DNA of 63,627 nt, filler included, from Trichosphaerium sp. ATCC 40318 (lineage: Eukaryota > Protista > Tubulinea), in the NCBI GenBank assembly GCA_038496445.1. It is 3 parts of 3 records of this genome, joined end to end, with 100 filler letters (N's around TTAATTAATTAA, not from the genome) between each part and the next. Parts side by side here need not be neighbours in the genome. Positions count along the whole stretch, not along the records: positions 26,498 to 50,877 come from JALMLS010000205.1; 2 more parts are not named here. The stretch is one strand, 5' to 3'. Position 1 is the stretch's first letter, and each line of letters starts with the position of its first letter. This document shows positions 26,398 to 38,800 of this stretch, piece after piece. The position numbers and the translations under genes are program-made. The notes under the pieces were generated by a model that ran no database searches, was not told the origin of the DNA, and worked only from the letters and a program-made list of their open reading frames with translations.

Positions 26398-26497
26398 NNN
26401 NNNNNNNNNNNNNNNNNNNNNNNNNNNNNNNNNNNNNNNNNTTAATTAATTAANNNNNNNNNNNNNNNNNNNNNNNNNNNNNNNNNNNNNNNNNNNN
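26398..26497. other. Assembly gap with artificial TTAATTAATTAA linker
   Basis: N-run flanking a six-frame stop spacer; same structure at 50878-50977. Confidence 0.97.
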
Positions 26498-26882
26498 ACA
26501 AGGATTGGGTTGGTTGGTAATAATTGTGGTACTGAAACAGAGTTTCATTTTGATGGTGAAGTGGACTTTCCTCCGTTTTACCGTGACGAATTTGGTATCT
26601 ATGACGATATGTAGTTGGAGTGTTTCCAACAAAACCGTAATAGTGCTAGCAGGAGCTCACACGATTTCCTTCAAGATAGCTCAGCAACAGATAAAGGTGT
26701 TAGAGCTCTGGCTGGAGTACAAACTCAGCACTTTTACAGCCTTTCAAACGAAGATTTTACAATGGGTTTCACTACTTATTTTTGTGAAGCACTTTTCTGC
26801 GCACTGTTGCGTTGTTATTAAAGTGGTAGAAGAATTTGGCAAGTCCATAATATTAATTGCAGGTGAATTGATCTAAACAGTT

Positions 26883-27470
26883 TTAGTTTGTTAAACAAAA
26901 TAAGTGTTGGGTACTCTGTTGTAGCCATCTGATTCCCCACCAAAGAAGCAACAACAGTATACTAATAACATCACAAAAGTAATAACAAAAATTATACCCA
27001 GGACTATACCCACAATAGCGCCAGTACTTAGAGATTTGGCTAACAAAAGTTAAACTGATAATCACTTTCCATAAATTGTGAAAGCAAGCGTACATGTAGG
27101 TGCTGTAGTAGGCGGATATACAGGCAATTGGCGGTTGAACTGTTGGAGCAATTGGCAATGATGGAGTAGTTGGCTCTGTTGGAGCAACTGGTTGTATTGG
27201 AGCGATGGGTTCAGCTGGTACTTCTGTAGGTGTTGTTGGAGCAATTGGTGATTGTGTTGGAGCAATTGGCAATGTTGGAGTAGTTGGTTCGACTGGTGTT
27301 TCTGTTGGAGCAGTTGGTTGAGCAGGCACTGATGTTGGAGACACCGGTGATAGGTTCAAGTGGAGTTGGAGAGGCTGGTATACATGATGGCGAAGTTGGT
27401 GTGGATGGAGAGACTGGAGCAATAGGAGAGGTGCTCGGAGCAGTTGGATATATTGTGTTGTTAGAACCTA
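26883..27470 (-). CDS. Pro/Thr-rich (mucin-like) single-pass membrane protein, partial or frameshifted model
   Basis: PTAPTETPVEPTTPTLPIAPT-type repeats followed by a hydrophobic segment STGAIVGIVLGIIFVITFV in another frame. Apparent frameshifts; ends not defined. Confidence 0.55.
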
Positions 27471-27968
27471 GAAGACAGTTAACTAAATGATAGACCTAAA
27501 AGAAGCATACCACCACACCAAAATTCTGGGTTTGGAATGCAAAACCTACAAATATCCACGCCTAATTGATTACAATCTGTGTGTTCTACACAAGGGTATC
27601 CGCACTCGAGGCCTGAAGGTACAATTAGTTCGGAGAAACGTAATTAAAGCTAAATTATGGCGCATAGAGCACGTGATTTTGTACCGAGAGAGCAAACATT
27701 TTCAAAGCACCTGCTACACTTTAAGTCTTCACAATCACCATTATTTTGACACTGGCCTCTTTTAGACGTTAGGCGTTAGTGTTGAGAACGCAGTTCGAGG
27801 TTTAGGTATTTAAAGAAAACTATTGGGAGCGTACCCACATCCAGATTTGACCTAGGGTGTTATAAACCAGGCCTAGGGCGAGAAAAACAAGTATTGATGC
27901 TGATCTTATTGCCATTTTCGAAATGTTGATGCCTAACCGACTTATCACTAACTTAAAACAACTTCTGT

Positions 27969-29891
27969 TTATTCAACACTTAAAACACCATAGTCATACA
28001 CCACATCTTGTATTACCTGCCCTTCTTTTGTCCATGCAATAGCTCTTCCGTGTAATACATTACAATTCTTTTCAAATTTACGGTTCATCTGTCCATTTGT
28101 ATGCCAAGTAGTGACACTGACTGTTTGTCCATCATCACTATGTATTACTGATTTCTTTAGTTGTCCGCTCTCATACCACTTCCTGCAATCTCCTCGCGGT
28201 TTTCCTTCAACATAAGTTGAATGACTCTTTAGTTTACCATTCTCATGCCACTCTTTAAATTCCCCGTCCAGTTCACCATGTATAAAATTACACTCATTTT
28301 CTAATTGTCCATTTTTATACCAACACTTGTGCACTCCTTCACATGTATCATTGACAAAATTAAACTTTTCTTTCAATTGACTATTTTCATACCAAGAATT
28401 AAACTCTCCTTGTCGTATACCATCAATAAAATTCAGATTCCTAGCCATTGTACCATTTTTATGCCAAAAAGAACATTCTCCATGTTTTTTGTTGCTAACA
28501 AAAAAACATTTCTGCTCAAGTTGTCCGTTTTCATACCATGATAAATACTCTCCTTCTTGTTTCCCATTGATGTAATTACATTGTTTAGATATTTGTCCAT
28601 TTTCGTACCACCTCTTTACTAATCCTTCAGTCTCATGGTTTTCATTATAAAACTCAACACACTCTTGTCTTCCATTCGCATGGAAACTTTTGAAGAATCC
28701 ATTAGGTCTATTACAATGAACTCTAAGGTGACCATTCTCATCCCAACATTTCTTTTCACCACACTCCTTACTATCTTTCATCATCATTTCAAGCTTCTTA
28801 TTTCCATTCTCAAACCACTCTGTATGTAAACCGTTCATCAAATCGTTTTGTAGTGTACCGTGCCACCTGAGATTACCATTATCATGCCACTTCCACATTT
28901 CTCCTTCTGTCTTTCCATTCACAACATTAGACTTGATATGCATTTGACCGTTTCTAAACCATTGTAGTAGCTGCCCATTATCCACATCATCTGTTATGTT
29001 TATACTAAGTTTAATTTGTCCATTGTCATACCACTCTTCATGTAATCCGTTCTCTTTGTTGTCTTTATAATAACAACGTAATAGTAGTTTACCATTAGGG
29101 TGATACTTCAAACACTCACCTTGTGCTTCACCGTTCTTATAAAACGCTTCCAAGGAAACCTGACCACAATCATACCGTTTTATGATCTTTCCATGCTTCT
29201 TGCCGTTAACAAAGTGAGAGTGTTCAACAACCTGTCCGTTCTTAGTAAAATACTTGAACTCACCATGTCTGAGGTTATTGACAATAAAACACTGTTCCGC
29301 CAGTTCGCCAGTTTGGTAGTATGTCTTAACTTCTCCTGTAATTAATCCATCAACACAGTTTTGTTCTTTGACCAAGACTCCAGTATTATTGTTATAAACA
29401 AGAAGCGGTCCTTGTCTTATATTCTTTACAAACGTTGTATGAACACGAATAACATCTTGCTTCCATTCTTTCTTAACACCGTCCAATAAACCATCAACAA
29501 ACTGTTCCTCACTTATTGGTTTACCATATTTTGTCCACGTGCTAGTTGTTCCGTGTAATATACCATATTTATAAGCGCGCGAGCATGTTTTTACTCCATT
29601 TGTATCCCAAGTAATCAATTCTCCATGTAGTTTACCTTCGGCCATAGGTCGCTTTTCATGTAGAACACCATTTGGGTGCCACTCTTCGACTAATATTACT
29701 TGACCATTATCGAACGTTAATTGCTGCTTTTTGCCATCCTTACAGGTTTTAGACCATTTTCCGATCCTGTTTAAAGCGCTGTTGTAGTGTGTTGATGTGG
29801 CAGAGGTTTTACAGAGCAAATGCCATTTAAAAAATGCGTGTGGCGCTAAGGAACAGATATATTGTTGAATTTCGCGTGGTAGAGAAAGCAT
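27969..29891 (-). CDS. F-box-like + long MORN-variant (MORN_2/YwqK-like) repeat protein, intronless
   Basis: 640-aa single ORF: MLSLPREIQQYICSL followed by more than 20 repeats of ~24 aa of the type WYENGQLxxxxxYxNGKxEG. Confidence 0.92.
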   Translation of the reverse strand: MLSLPREIQQYICSLAPHAFFKWHLLCKTSATSTHYNSALNRIGKWSKTCKDGKKQQLTFDNGQVILVEEWHPNGVLHEKRPMAEGKLHGELITWDTNGVKTCSRAYKYGILHGTTSTWTKYGKPISEEQFVDGLLDGVKKEWKQDVIRVHTTFVKNIRQGPLLVYNNNTGVLVKEQNCVDGLITGEVKTYYQTGELAEQCFIVNNLRHGEFKYFTKNGQVVEHSHFVNGKKHGKIIKRYDCGQVSLEAFYKNGEAQGECLKYHPNGKLLLRCYYKDNKENGLHEEWYDNGQIKLSINITDDVDNGQLLQWFRNGQMHIKSNVVNGKTEGEMWKWHDNGNLRWHGTLQNDLMNGLHTEWFENGNKKLEMMMKDSKECGEKKCWDENGHLRVHCNRPNGFFKSFHANGRQECVEFYNENHETEGLVKRWYENGQISKQCNYINGKQEGEYLSWYENGQLEQKCFFVSNKKHGECSFWHKNGTMARNLNFIDGIRQGEFNSWYENSQLKEKFNFVNDTCEGVHKCWYKNGQLENECNFIHGELDGEFKEWHENGKLKSHSTYVEGKPRGDCRKWYESGQLKKSVIHSDDGQTVSVTTWHTNGQMNRKFEKNCNVLHGRAIAWTKEGQVIQDVVYDYGVLSVE

Positions 29892-30251
29892 TGAAGTTTC
29901 GTCGTTGTTTGATGCTAAACGGCTAACAGCACAGTTATATCTAGTTGATTTATACTGATAGCATACCTTTGTTTGTGGTTAGACATGCTTTCAGTTACGA
30001 AGTGCGGTAGTCTTCGTAGAAATACCGTTTGCTAAGTTTTATTGTTGACTTAAGTTGCGTGCCAATAAAGTTGTTTGGCGTTCGGTTTTTTGTTATAATT
30101 TTAACCAGCAGACAGTTTTACACATAAACACGCAACTAACTGGCGCAGGATATCTGAGATTCAACTGTAAGATGTAATATTTGCTAGAGAATCGGATCTC
30201 GAACTACTTTATTCACATTGTACATCTCAGAGTGTTTGTAAAATAACAGTT

Positions 30252-30713
30252 TTACTTTTTGATTGTTGTTATGCAGATTCCATCAGCTTTGAAGTACTTG
30301 TACTCTCCATGTAGCTCTCCTTTATAGTACTTTGCCTCTATATTTATCTTACCATTGAACCGATATAACTTATAAAGACCTGAAGCGGTAAGCTTGGCGC
30401 AAAAAGAAAACTAAATTTCATGGGTAAAGCACTTGCCTTGTCTCTTATCCATTATGTAGTAACACTCCATTTTTTTAACTTTGCCTCCTGGGTACCACAT
30501 TGTGCAAGGCCCATGACGTTGTCCATTTAGAAACATACACTTATATTTTATGGTGTTTGTTTTGTAAAAACTCGTCCAAAGGCCATGTTTTTCCATTTTT
30601 TCGTTGAAGTAAAACGAAGCAGTGTGGCGGCATAAAACCCTGTAGTTTTTGTTTACAACGCTGTCTATACTGCAAATAATATGGTGAAGTTCAGGTGGTA
30701 GATCCAATAGCAT
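30252..30713 (-). CDS. Short F-box-like + MORN-variant repeat protein
   Basis: MLLDLPPELHHIICSID plus MORN repeats. A 57-nt GCAAGT...CAG intron (30380-30436) removes the in-frame stop and continues GLYKLYRFNGK..YYKGELHGEY to TAA at 30252. Confidence 0.8.
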
Positions 30714-31069
30714 ACTGAGAGGGTGTTAAACATAAATAAACGGATAATGTTGGGAGTAAACACAAGGCTTCCTGTGCTTTCAAGAAGTAACTTCTGTAAA
30801 AAATATTACCTATGCAGTTGGAAGTGTCGCATTTTCAGCACGTTGACCTCTTGAGTGTCGTTTGAAACAACAATAATGTCAAAGTGTGGTCAATGTTTTT
30901 TTTCCGATGTTTTCTGCTGGACGAGTATAAGGCTTATTAATAGCTGTTGTACACTCCATAATTGTAGTGTAAGGTTCCAATTCACTCCTGTGGGAGTGTT
31001 AATTACGCTTTACGACCAACCACCCTTTTTAAAATCAAGAAGGAATTTGTAGGTTACTACGTTCTTAAT

Positions 31070-32495
31070 TTATTTGAAGTTAAATCTTGACATAATACAA
31101 ACATGATCAGAAGGAAATCCGTTTGCAGGTAGACCTTTTTTTGAAAAATTGTGTTAGAAAGAATAACACGTGATATATAAATAAAGTACCTTTACCAATA
31201 GAATCACGTAGTTGTGGTAGTGTTGGTATATCCAATACACTTTGTACTGACATTTCATTACTGTTATAGAATATATGATCAACAACATCTTGAGTTTGTC
31301 GAATATAAATTGTGCAATGATCTGTAATATTTATGGTCTCTCCAGGTTTCTCTTGACGTCTTTGTTGTAGCGCATTTATCATAAAATTATCATAAGCACT
31401 GACTATAGTATCACCAAGTGGATTAAGATGTTTTGGTATTTGATTTTTAAGAAATGCTGTAACCTTTCAGAAGGGAATTAGTTTTTATTTCAAAAAAGTG
31501 ATAAAGTTGTTGAATGAATACCTTGCTATTCACGCCATCATTAAAATCACCACATAAAATTACCTTTGCTTCTTTGAATTTATATTTACACCTACGCATT
31601 AATAAAGCGTTAGACAGGTTTGAATTGCTCTTATCTGAACAATTATGAGCGTACAGTTTTGCCATTTGCATAGCCAAATACGCAATTTGTCTTGCGCGTA
31701 TTTTAGCGCCATGTGGCTGCCAAAATAAGTGACATGTACTGTAGTGTAAAAATCAATAACACTGCACCATACAAAGAACCATGAAACGTACGCTACCATT
31801 AAGGTATGTGACTCATCAACAGATTTTAAAATTACAATAAGTCCATTATTTCCTGTTCTATAATCTTTACCACCTTTTTTGGCAAGGTCATTAAAATCAA
31901 CCTCCTGGCTCTAGATGCCGTTACAACACGTGATTCTAATTTTGTTGTGTTTTTTTTTAACGCACGTGTGCAACGTAATATTTAGCTGTGTTGTAGAAAA
32001 TAGCCACACCGTGACCTTTGGATGCACTCATAGCATTTACACCAAGTAAGTTATTCTTGGCAAGTTCAGGGCTGTACCACTCTAAAAAGACTGTCAGGAG
32101 CAACGTGGATGTATTGAATGATACCTGAGTAATGGTCTACCTCTTGCAGACATCTTAGTATTAGTTAGAGTGACTTGAGAAAGAAACATGAAGTTTGCTG
32201 AAAAGTGGTTCGATGGTATTATTGGCGTACACGATATCCGGCTTATATTCAAGTATGCGTTTCACCACTTGTATTTTACGCGAATGGAAGCGTAAATGTT
32301 CGTCTGCACAATAGGGGTAGTATTTTTTGGTAGAGGATGCGTAACTACGCTAGTTATTGATCTGATAGGGTTGGTACTTACGTACCATAGTATATTGTAC
32401 GATAAAACGGTTAGGTCTGCGTCAACGTCTTAAAGGTGTTTAGAAGGCGATGGTTAACTCTTAGTACCGTTGTATGTCGTAATATGCCTGTCCAT
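31070..32495 (-). CDS. CCR4/nocturnin/angel-like endonuclease-exonuclease-phosphatase family hydrolase
   Basis: Spliced motifs TVLSYNIL, ILCGDFND, VDHIFY, GFPSDHV. Confidence 0.85.
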
Positions 32496-32622
32496 TGAGT
32501 TCTGTAGTAAACAGAAACGCAAATGTCAATTCTACACAAGTCAAATTATTGTGACAGGCCTGTATACGCCGTTGTATGAGTCGACAACGTTGTTCCACCA
32601 GATTATGCAGATAATGTAGCAA

Positions 32623-35041
32623 ATGGTTCCAAGAGTGCGGTTGAGACCTTTACTGTATCCACCAGCGCGGTGGATACCAGATAGGATGCGTAGACCACAC
32701 CGCAAGTTTATAGTAAAAAAGATATTTAAACGGGAGCAATCGCGTAAAATGGATACTATAGCGAAGAGGTTGTCTATTTTCTTGTTTAGCGACTGGCTGA
32801 AAGTAGAATCAAAGTCTATGTACAAAGTACAAGGTGGTGATGAATTAATGCGTTGGTGCGTAGTATCTCTGTTTGAAGTCATTTATTGAATGTATGTCAG
32901 CAATAACAATAACTTGTACCAAATATTAAAAGAAACGTACCCAAACGCGCCTACAGATCACAGGTACGCTAAAAACAATACCTTTTGTTCAAGAAAAAAA
33001 TACCAAACCGATTCTGGATACAAACTCACTGAAAACAAGGCGTATAGCCTCAATAGGCTTCTGGGATAGTATGAATAACATTCATCATCGATTTTCAGAG
33101 ATCGCCGAAGATTTAGGCGTGAAGATGCTCTCTGATTGGTATGACATTTCCAAAAAGCGCTTATTTCAAGAATCTGTTAGAGGGATAACGGCAAGGTACA
33201 CTTTTTCACTCGTTTATTCAGTGACTAACTGACATTTTTTTTTGGATTAGATTCTACAGTGAGATGCTTTCTGAAGTCTTCAAAGGAATATATCCCAATT
33301 ATCCTTGGAAACCATGGAAGTTTAGGTATGATATCTAATCTATTGCAACAACAGTTGCATTGTCAAAACGTGTTTTTTTGAAAATCACGTGTTGGCTGAA
33401 GACATTTTTCTGTTTTTATTAGAAGATCTTGTTGTTCAAATTGACGTATGCTGTCACGTGTTATTACTACTGTCGCAGTTGCTTACAGAATTGTTTGTTT
33501 TGTAGGAACTCTCCTGGAGGTTATTGGTTAAGTTTAGAGAACGTATATCTTGCAATTAATGATTTGGCAAAAAGCCTTGATGTAAAGGACGTATCAGGAT
33601 GTTATGGTATAACATTCCGAGAATTTCATGATTTTGGGCTCGGGGGATTAGTTAATAGGTACACGCATATCACTCAGACATAGTTCGTTAGGCTACTTTT
33701 TGTTTTATTCTCTAAGTATTAACTTTGAAAAAAGGTACAAAAACTCAGTGGCTGGTTTATTTTTAGCAGTTTTCCCTCATTATGAATGGAAAAAACATCT
33801 CTTCACGTACGTCAAACAAACAAAATCAGTCATTTGCTGTTGGAGTCATAAGTACCTTTTGTTTTTTTGATTTACAATGAAACATTTTCAAGTGTTAAAC
33901 TTTTCTTTGATTGTTTTATTTTAGGCAGGCACCAAGAAGAGTTGATGCATATCCTTCAGGGTATTGGCACAAGATTGAAAATCAACGTAATTTTTTATTA
34001 AAGGCTCAACAGCGCCTTGGTATTCGTTCTCCAGAAATGTGGTACGTTCCTGATTTTAATGCTAGTTTTCTTCATTCTTTTCTCACTTCCTCAAGGTATC
34101 GTGTATCTAGAGAACAACTATGCGGTGATTTCCTTTGTGGTATGACAACTTACTTCCCATATGCGTTACAGCATGTGTACCCTGATATAAAGTGGAATTG
34201 GCGGCGCTTTTCGATTGATTTGAAGCGTGCAAGGCAAAGGTACATACTCAATTTTGAACGTCTTGCCTGTTTGTACTGATTAGAGATCCTCTAGAGAGTT
34301 AAGAATGTTGGTACAGAAAATTTTTCCTAATTTGAAGGTTACAGAGGAGCATCGCGGATCTGATAGTGGTGATCATTCTATCACATTAGATGTTTTTATA
34401 AGCGATATAATGCTTGCTTTTGAATACCAAGGTATGTAATATTTAGGAAATAATACTGATGCAATTTTTTATCGTCACGTGATATTACGCGTGATTTTTT
34501 TTATTGCAAAAATAAGGGTTTTTTCTTGTAGGTCAGCATCACTACACAGACGCATACAAGTATGCTGTACCGTCGGATATGTACAAGGCAAAGGATGTTT
34601 TGAAAACACACCGTTGCATGAAAATGGGTGAGTCTTTTTTTTGTTTTTGAAGTTGTTGTTCAAAAAATAGAACTCTACGAGTTTGCTTTGTCTTCTATGA
34701 CTTCGAAACTATTTGAATTTACATACTATGTATTCACTCATGGTTAATGGGTATTTTAAGGCGTAACAGTGGTACCTGTACCGTATTGGTGGAAAGGTGA
34801 TAGAAAGACAATACTTCAATTGATTAATTATTACGCACCACACATTAATCTAAAAGAGCGTGTTATGTTACCAAAAATTCCAATATCAGAGTTAAAACCA
34901 GACGTGTATGGCGATGGTACGTACCTTTTAGTCCGGACGGAAGACAAAAGTTCTGTTTTTTTTGTTCCATGCTTTTGCTTACTTTTCAATTTAGAGGATG
35001 ATATAATTATGTCACCTGCTCCAGTAAATATTACTGCTTAG
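32623..35041 (+). CDS. Tryptophan-rich repeat protein with C-terminal PD-(D/E)XK / DUF559-RAP-like nuclease domain
   Basis: Repeats such as PWKF..PGGYW..LEN and PSGYWHKIENQRNFL..LGI...WY; C-terminal LDVFISDIMLAFEYQGQHHY...VVPVPYWW. Start (32523 or 32623) and last exon are uncertain. Confidence 0.75.
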
Positions 35042-35893
35042 TGATGCGACATATTTTTCCGTGCGCCGATCATTTTTTGTGCTTGTGTAGGAAACTTCAA
35101 GGTGATTTTTTTCTGACGCAATAAATAAACCCAATGTACTTTTACAAACATATTGTTGACGATTGTACGCCAATTAAATTTAAAGTTGAACTAGAAGTAA
35201 CAATAAGCCTTTTTTGAATACGAAACTCCGTCGGAGATGATGACGCTCGCGACACTTTCTATTTTACTCCCGACATAAACACCAATTACACTTTATTGTT
35301 TCAATTATGACTGAGATAATTGGAAATAGTACTGGAGCGAATATTACAGCCCTAGAAGATAATGGTGAGGGATTATCAAGTACTCAAGTAACAGTTCTTG
35401 ATACTCTTATCATCATACTTGCTATTACTTCAATGTTTGCTCAACTATTCATCATAACAAATTATGCTCTTTTCCCGCGATTACGCGGCGCTGTAGGTCG
35501 CTTAGTAGTCGCTATGGCCGCTAGTAATTTTTGTTTAGCGATTACTTTGGTACGCCAATACTTCTTATCACGTGACAACCTTTTTATGGATTCCTTTAGC
35601 TTGTTGGTTTACCCTCATTTAAAAACAGTATTCTTACTTCTGAACCACTTTGTACTGCGCAAGTAAGTGGCTTGTTCCGCGCAATCGCTTACAAAACTTC
35701 TAAATTATTGTAGGGAACCTTTAATCAATTTTTTTCGGTCCAAGGCGGAGTGTGGCCACCGTTTATTTCGATTGCACTTTATCTCTTTGTTACAAAGTAA
35801 GTAAGTTCCTTTATTTCGTTCTTCGAACTGATGGTTTTCAGAGGAAAAGAGGCGGGTGTCATGGCTTCAAACGTTCTGTTGGTAATAGGATAT

Positions 35894-38800
35894 CTCTGTC
35901 GACTGAATAGACTGTGATCTACTAATAAACTCTAAAATGCTTTAATAAATACTGCGAGAGTATGTTAAACAACATGTTGGAGTTAGAGCTTGTAACAAGC
36001 TGATTTTGTGTCTTTTTATTTTCTGTAATTGTATTTAGAAAACTCACATTTTTTCACTCATCAACTTCCTCGAACTGCTTCATAGTCACACTATCCATAT
36101 TTTATGACTGCTGAATATACACAAGGGCAGCTGATAGGTATGTACAAGTCATTAGGTTACTTAGAATCAAAAGTGTTGAAAAATACCGTGTAATACACAT
36201 TCTTTGCATCTCATAGTGTTTGAGAGTAGTTTTGAAACACGTGATACATTTTGTAGAGTTTACACTTCAAATCAAGTAAAAGTAGTCACAAACCGTGTTA
36301 TACGCACGTTTATTGCAGTTTGTGGTCACTTTGGCTGATAACAAAATCGTTTATCCTTTTTAGTATCACATGTATCAAAACTACTCGGAACTGTGTTGAA
36401 CACGTGTTTATTAAACGTTGTGGCCATTTTTAGCCAATTTTAAACTGCTTGTACTGTACTTACTGTTACTTAGCTAATTTACCCAAGTGGGATGCTCATA
36501 GTTGTCCGTGGGATGCTGTTTACATTGCGCTGTGCTCAGTTAATGAAGTTTGTGTATGTAAACATCAAATTATGTGCATTTGTTTTGCTTAGCACAAAGT
36601 TAGGTATTTCCACAACACCCAACTTTGTTAACGGACAACAATACTTCACAAAGTCGAAACAAACTCATAGCTCTCTTTGAAGAACACTGCTACTACACTA
36701 ATCCAAAACAGCAGACATATCTAGCAAAGCAGTTTAGTAAGCAGCGTAATGGGCAGTATGCTTTTGAATGCAGTGTAACAGAAGTACACAGATACGCTAG
36801 AAAAATGTGTACAGCATTTCATTTTATTGAGTGTTACGAAAATAAATGCTCATGTCAAGGTACAACACAATTACTTTTATGGTATTCACACATTTAAAGA
36901 CAGTTTCAAATCTCTGGAAAGGCTGTTCATTGATTATGGAGATTTAGAAGAGCGAATATCTACTTGGTTGAATCAAAGATTACAGTCAAACCATTGTACA
37001 GAATGTACTTCTGGTGGAATAAAAACTGCTATGGTAATTCTATGTCATTATCTACAACTTATCATTGATAGAGCATCACAATACCAGCGCTGATAACAGT
37101 GTGTCCTTCACCTACAGTGGTATCCAACTTTTTTGGGTTGCCTCAACAATTAATTCTACACGGAAGGTACATACAAACACAAGGCTGTGTGTTAATGAAA
37201 TTAGAGTGTGGAAAGCAACGTATTTATTAATGTGGCAAAAGAACCCAAAGCACTACACTACATATGTGAATGTAAATGGTATTTGGTGGTTCATTGACTG
37301 TTACCAACCAGAAAAATCTTGTCGCTCCAATCCTTGTAAGCCATTTTTCTACTACCTATGATTAACGCTTGAAAGGGGATAGCTCTGCATCACATGGCAC
37401 CAACCCTGATTTTTGGCGTGTTTGTGAGGTTGTTTATAAAGGAGAACCACATCAAGTATTTAACACAAAGCCTTACAAACCACCAACTCCGCCCTCCATC
37501 TATGAAAACTACAGCTCAAACAGTGTCAGGTATTGTGAATTACATTTTGTGGCAAATAGTTAACCTAAGTAGTGACGTTGTGTGTATTGAAGATAGTAGT
37601 GATGAATTTAGCCCATATGATGTACATCCAATTGATTCGAATGAATTCAGTGACGAAGATTCATGTAACATTTTAATGGTATCTAATTGTAAGCTACCTT
37701 CCGATAGAATATTGGCAAAGGATGACATTTTGGGTAAAACGGTAACAATACTTAAAGTAACAGACAAACGAACTATCACCAAGAAAGAAAAGAAAGTAGG
37801 ACAGCGAAAGTGGGTTGTAGAAGTAGAAATTAGTGTTGATGGTGAAAACAAACATTGTAGGCTATGGGACTGTGATGCAAAAACATTACAAGGATACAAG
37901 ACAGCAATTGCACACTGGAAAACACAAAAGTACATTACTGACGGGGTACTTTTCTACCAGTTAATGAAGGCACTAACTTGTTTAGAACTGGGAGCCTGGT
38001 ATAAATGCACCACATTTAAAGCATACATCTGCAGATAATGTGCTTGGTATTGATGAAGGAAAACAGTTTGCAATATGGAACCACAAAAAACCACCAACAG
38101 TTCAAGATGCAATAACAACATGGCTTTCACCTTTGTTTAACATGGTATTAGCGGACTCATCAATAGGTTTGACAGTTTGACAGCTTATGTAGTTTATTGC
38201 AATCAACTCACTCTTTTGTAGGGTTTAAAACGTTGGGTGCTGATTCCAAAAACATCTACAACAAGCTGAAAAAACAAGATATTTTGAAGCACAATTACAA
38301 AAAGCAACTTGAAGCGTTGAAACTGTATCCAGGTAAAGCCAATACCCTGTATTACATTAAATGGTTTATAGATATTAAAAACACATCTTGGTATCAAAAT
38401 ACAGTACCCAAGACAAAACAGCGGCTTGATAAAATAACCCAAAGCTGTGCTTCTGTTTCATATTCTACCTTGCTTTCTAAAATTGATATTCCGGGATACA
38501 TCAAAGCCAAAAAACAAAAAAATCACCATAAATGGACATGTGCCGGTAGTTGGTCAATAGATCTAGTTAGGTACTATTTTGGAGCGCTATTAGGAATGAA
38601 ACTAGCGCCACACCATAAGCTACCAAATTATTGGAAAAAGTTCTCATTATATGGAAATGAAGGTACAAATGAGTTCATTTTGTACATTATTTAGTTTGGT
38701 AGCCATTAAAAATAGTTGTACATTGGAGCAATGGGAAGAAATCACCTCTCAGATAGATTACCATCCCTTAAAAGTTCAACGGTATTGTAATTTGGTTTGA

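Noticed and set aside
26398-26497. TTAATTAATTAA palindrome within N-runs (also 50878-50977)
   Set aside because: Identical six-frame-stop spacer at both gaps; an assembly linker, not biology. Adjacency across it is unproven.
27969-29891. Bacterial toxin-antitoxin (YwqK) or contaminant interpretation
   Set aside because: It has an F-box-like N-terminus, intron-containing paralogues and spliced neighbours on the same contig; no operon or toxin partner.
32495-32523. Divergent ATGs under 30 bp apart (ultra-compact bidirectional promoter)
   Set aside because: The plus-strand start could equally be 32623; not supportable without transcript data.
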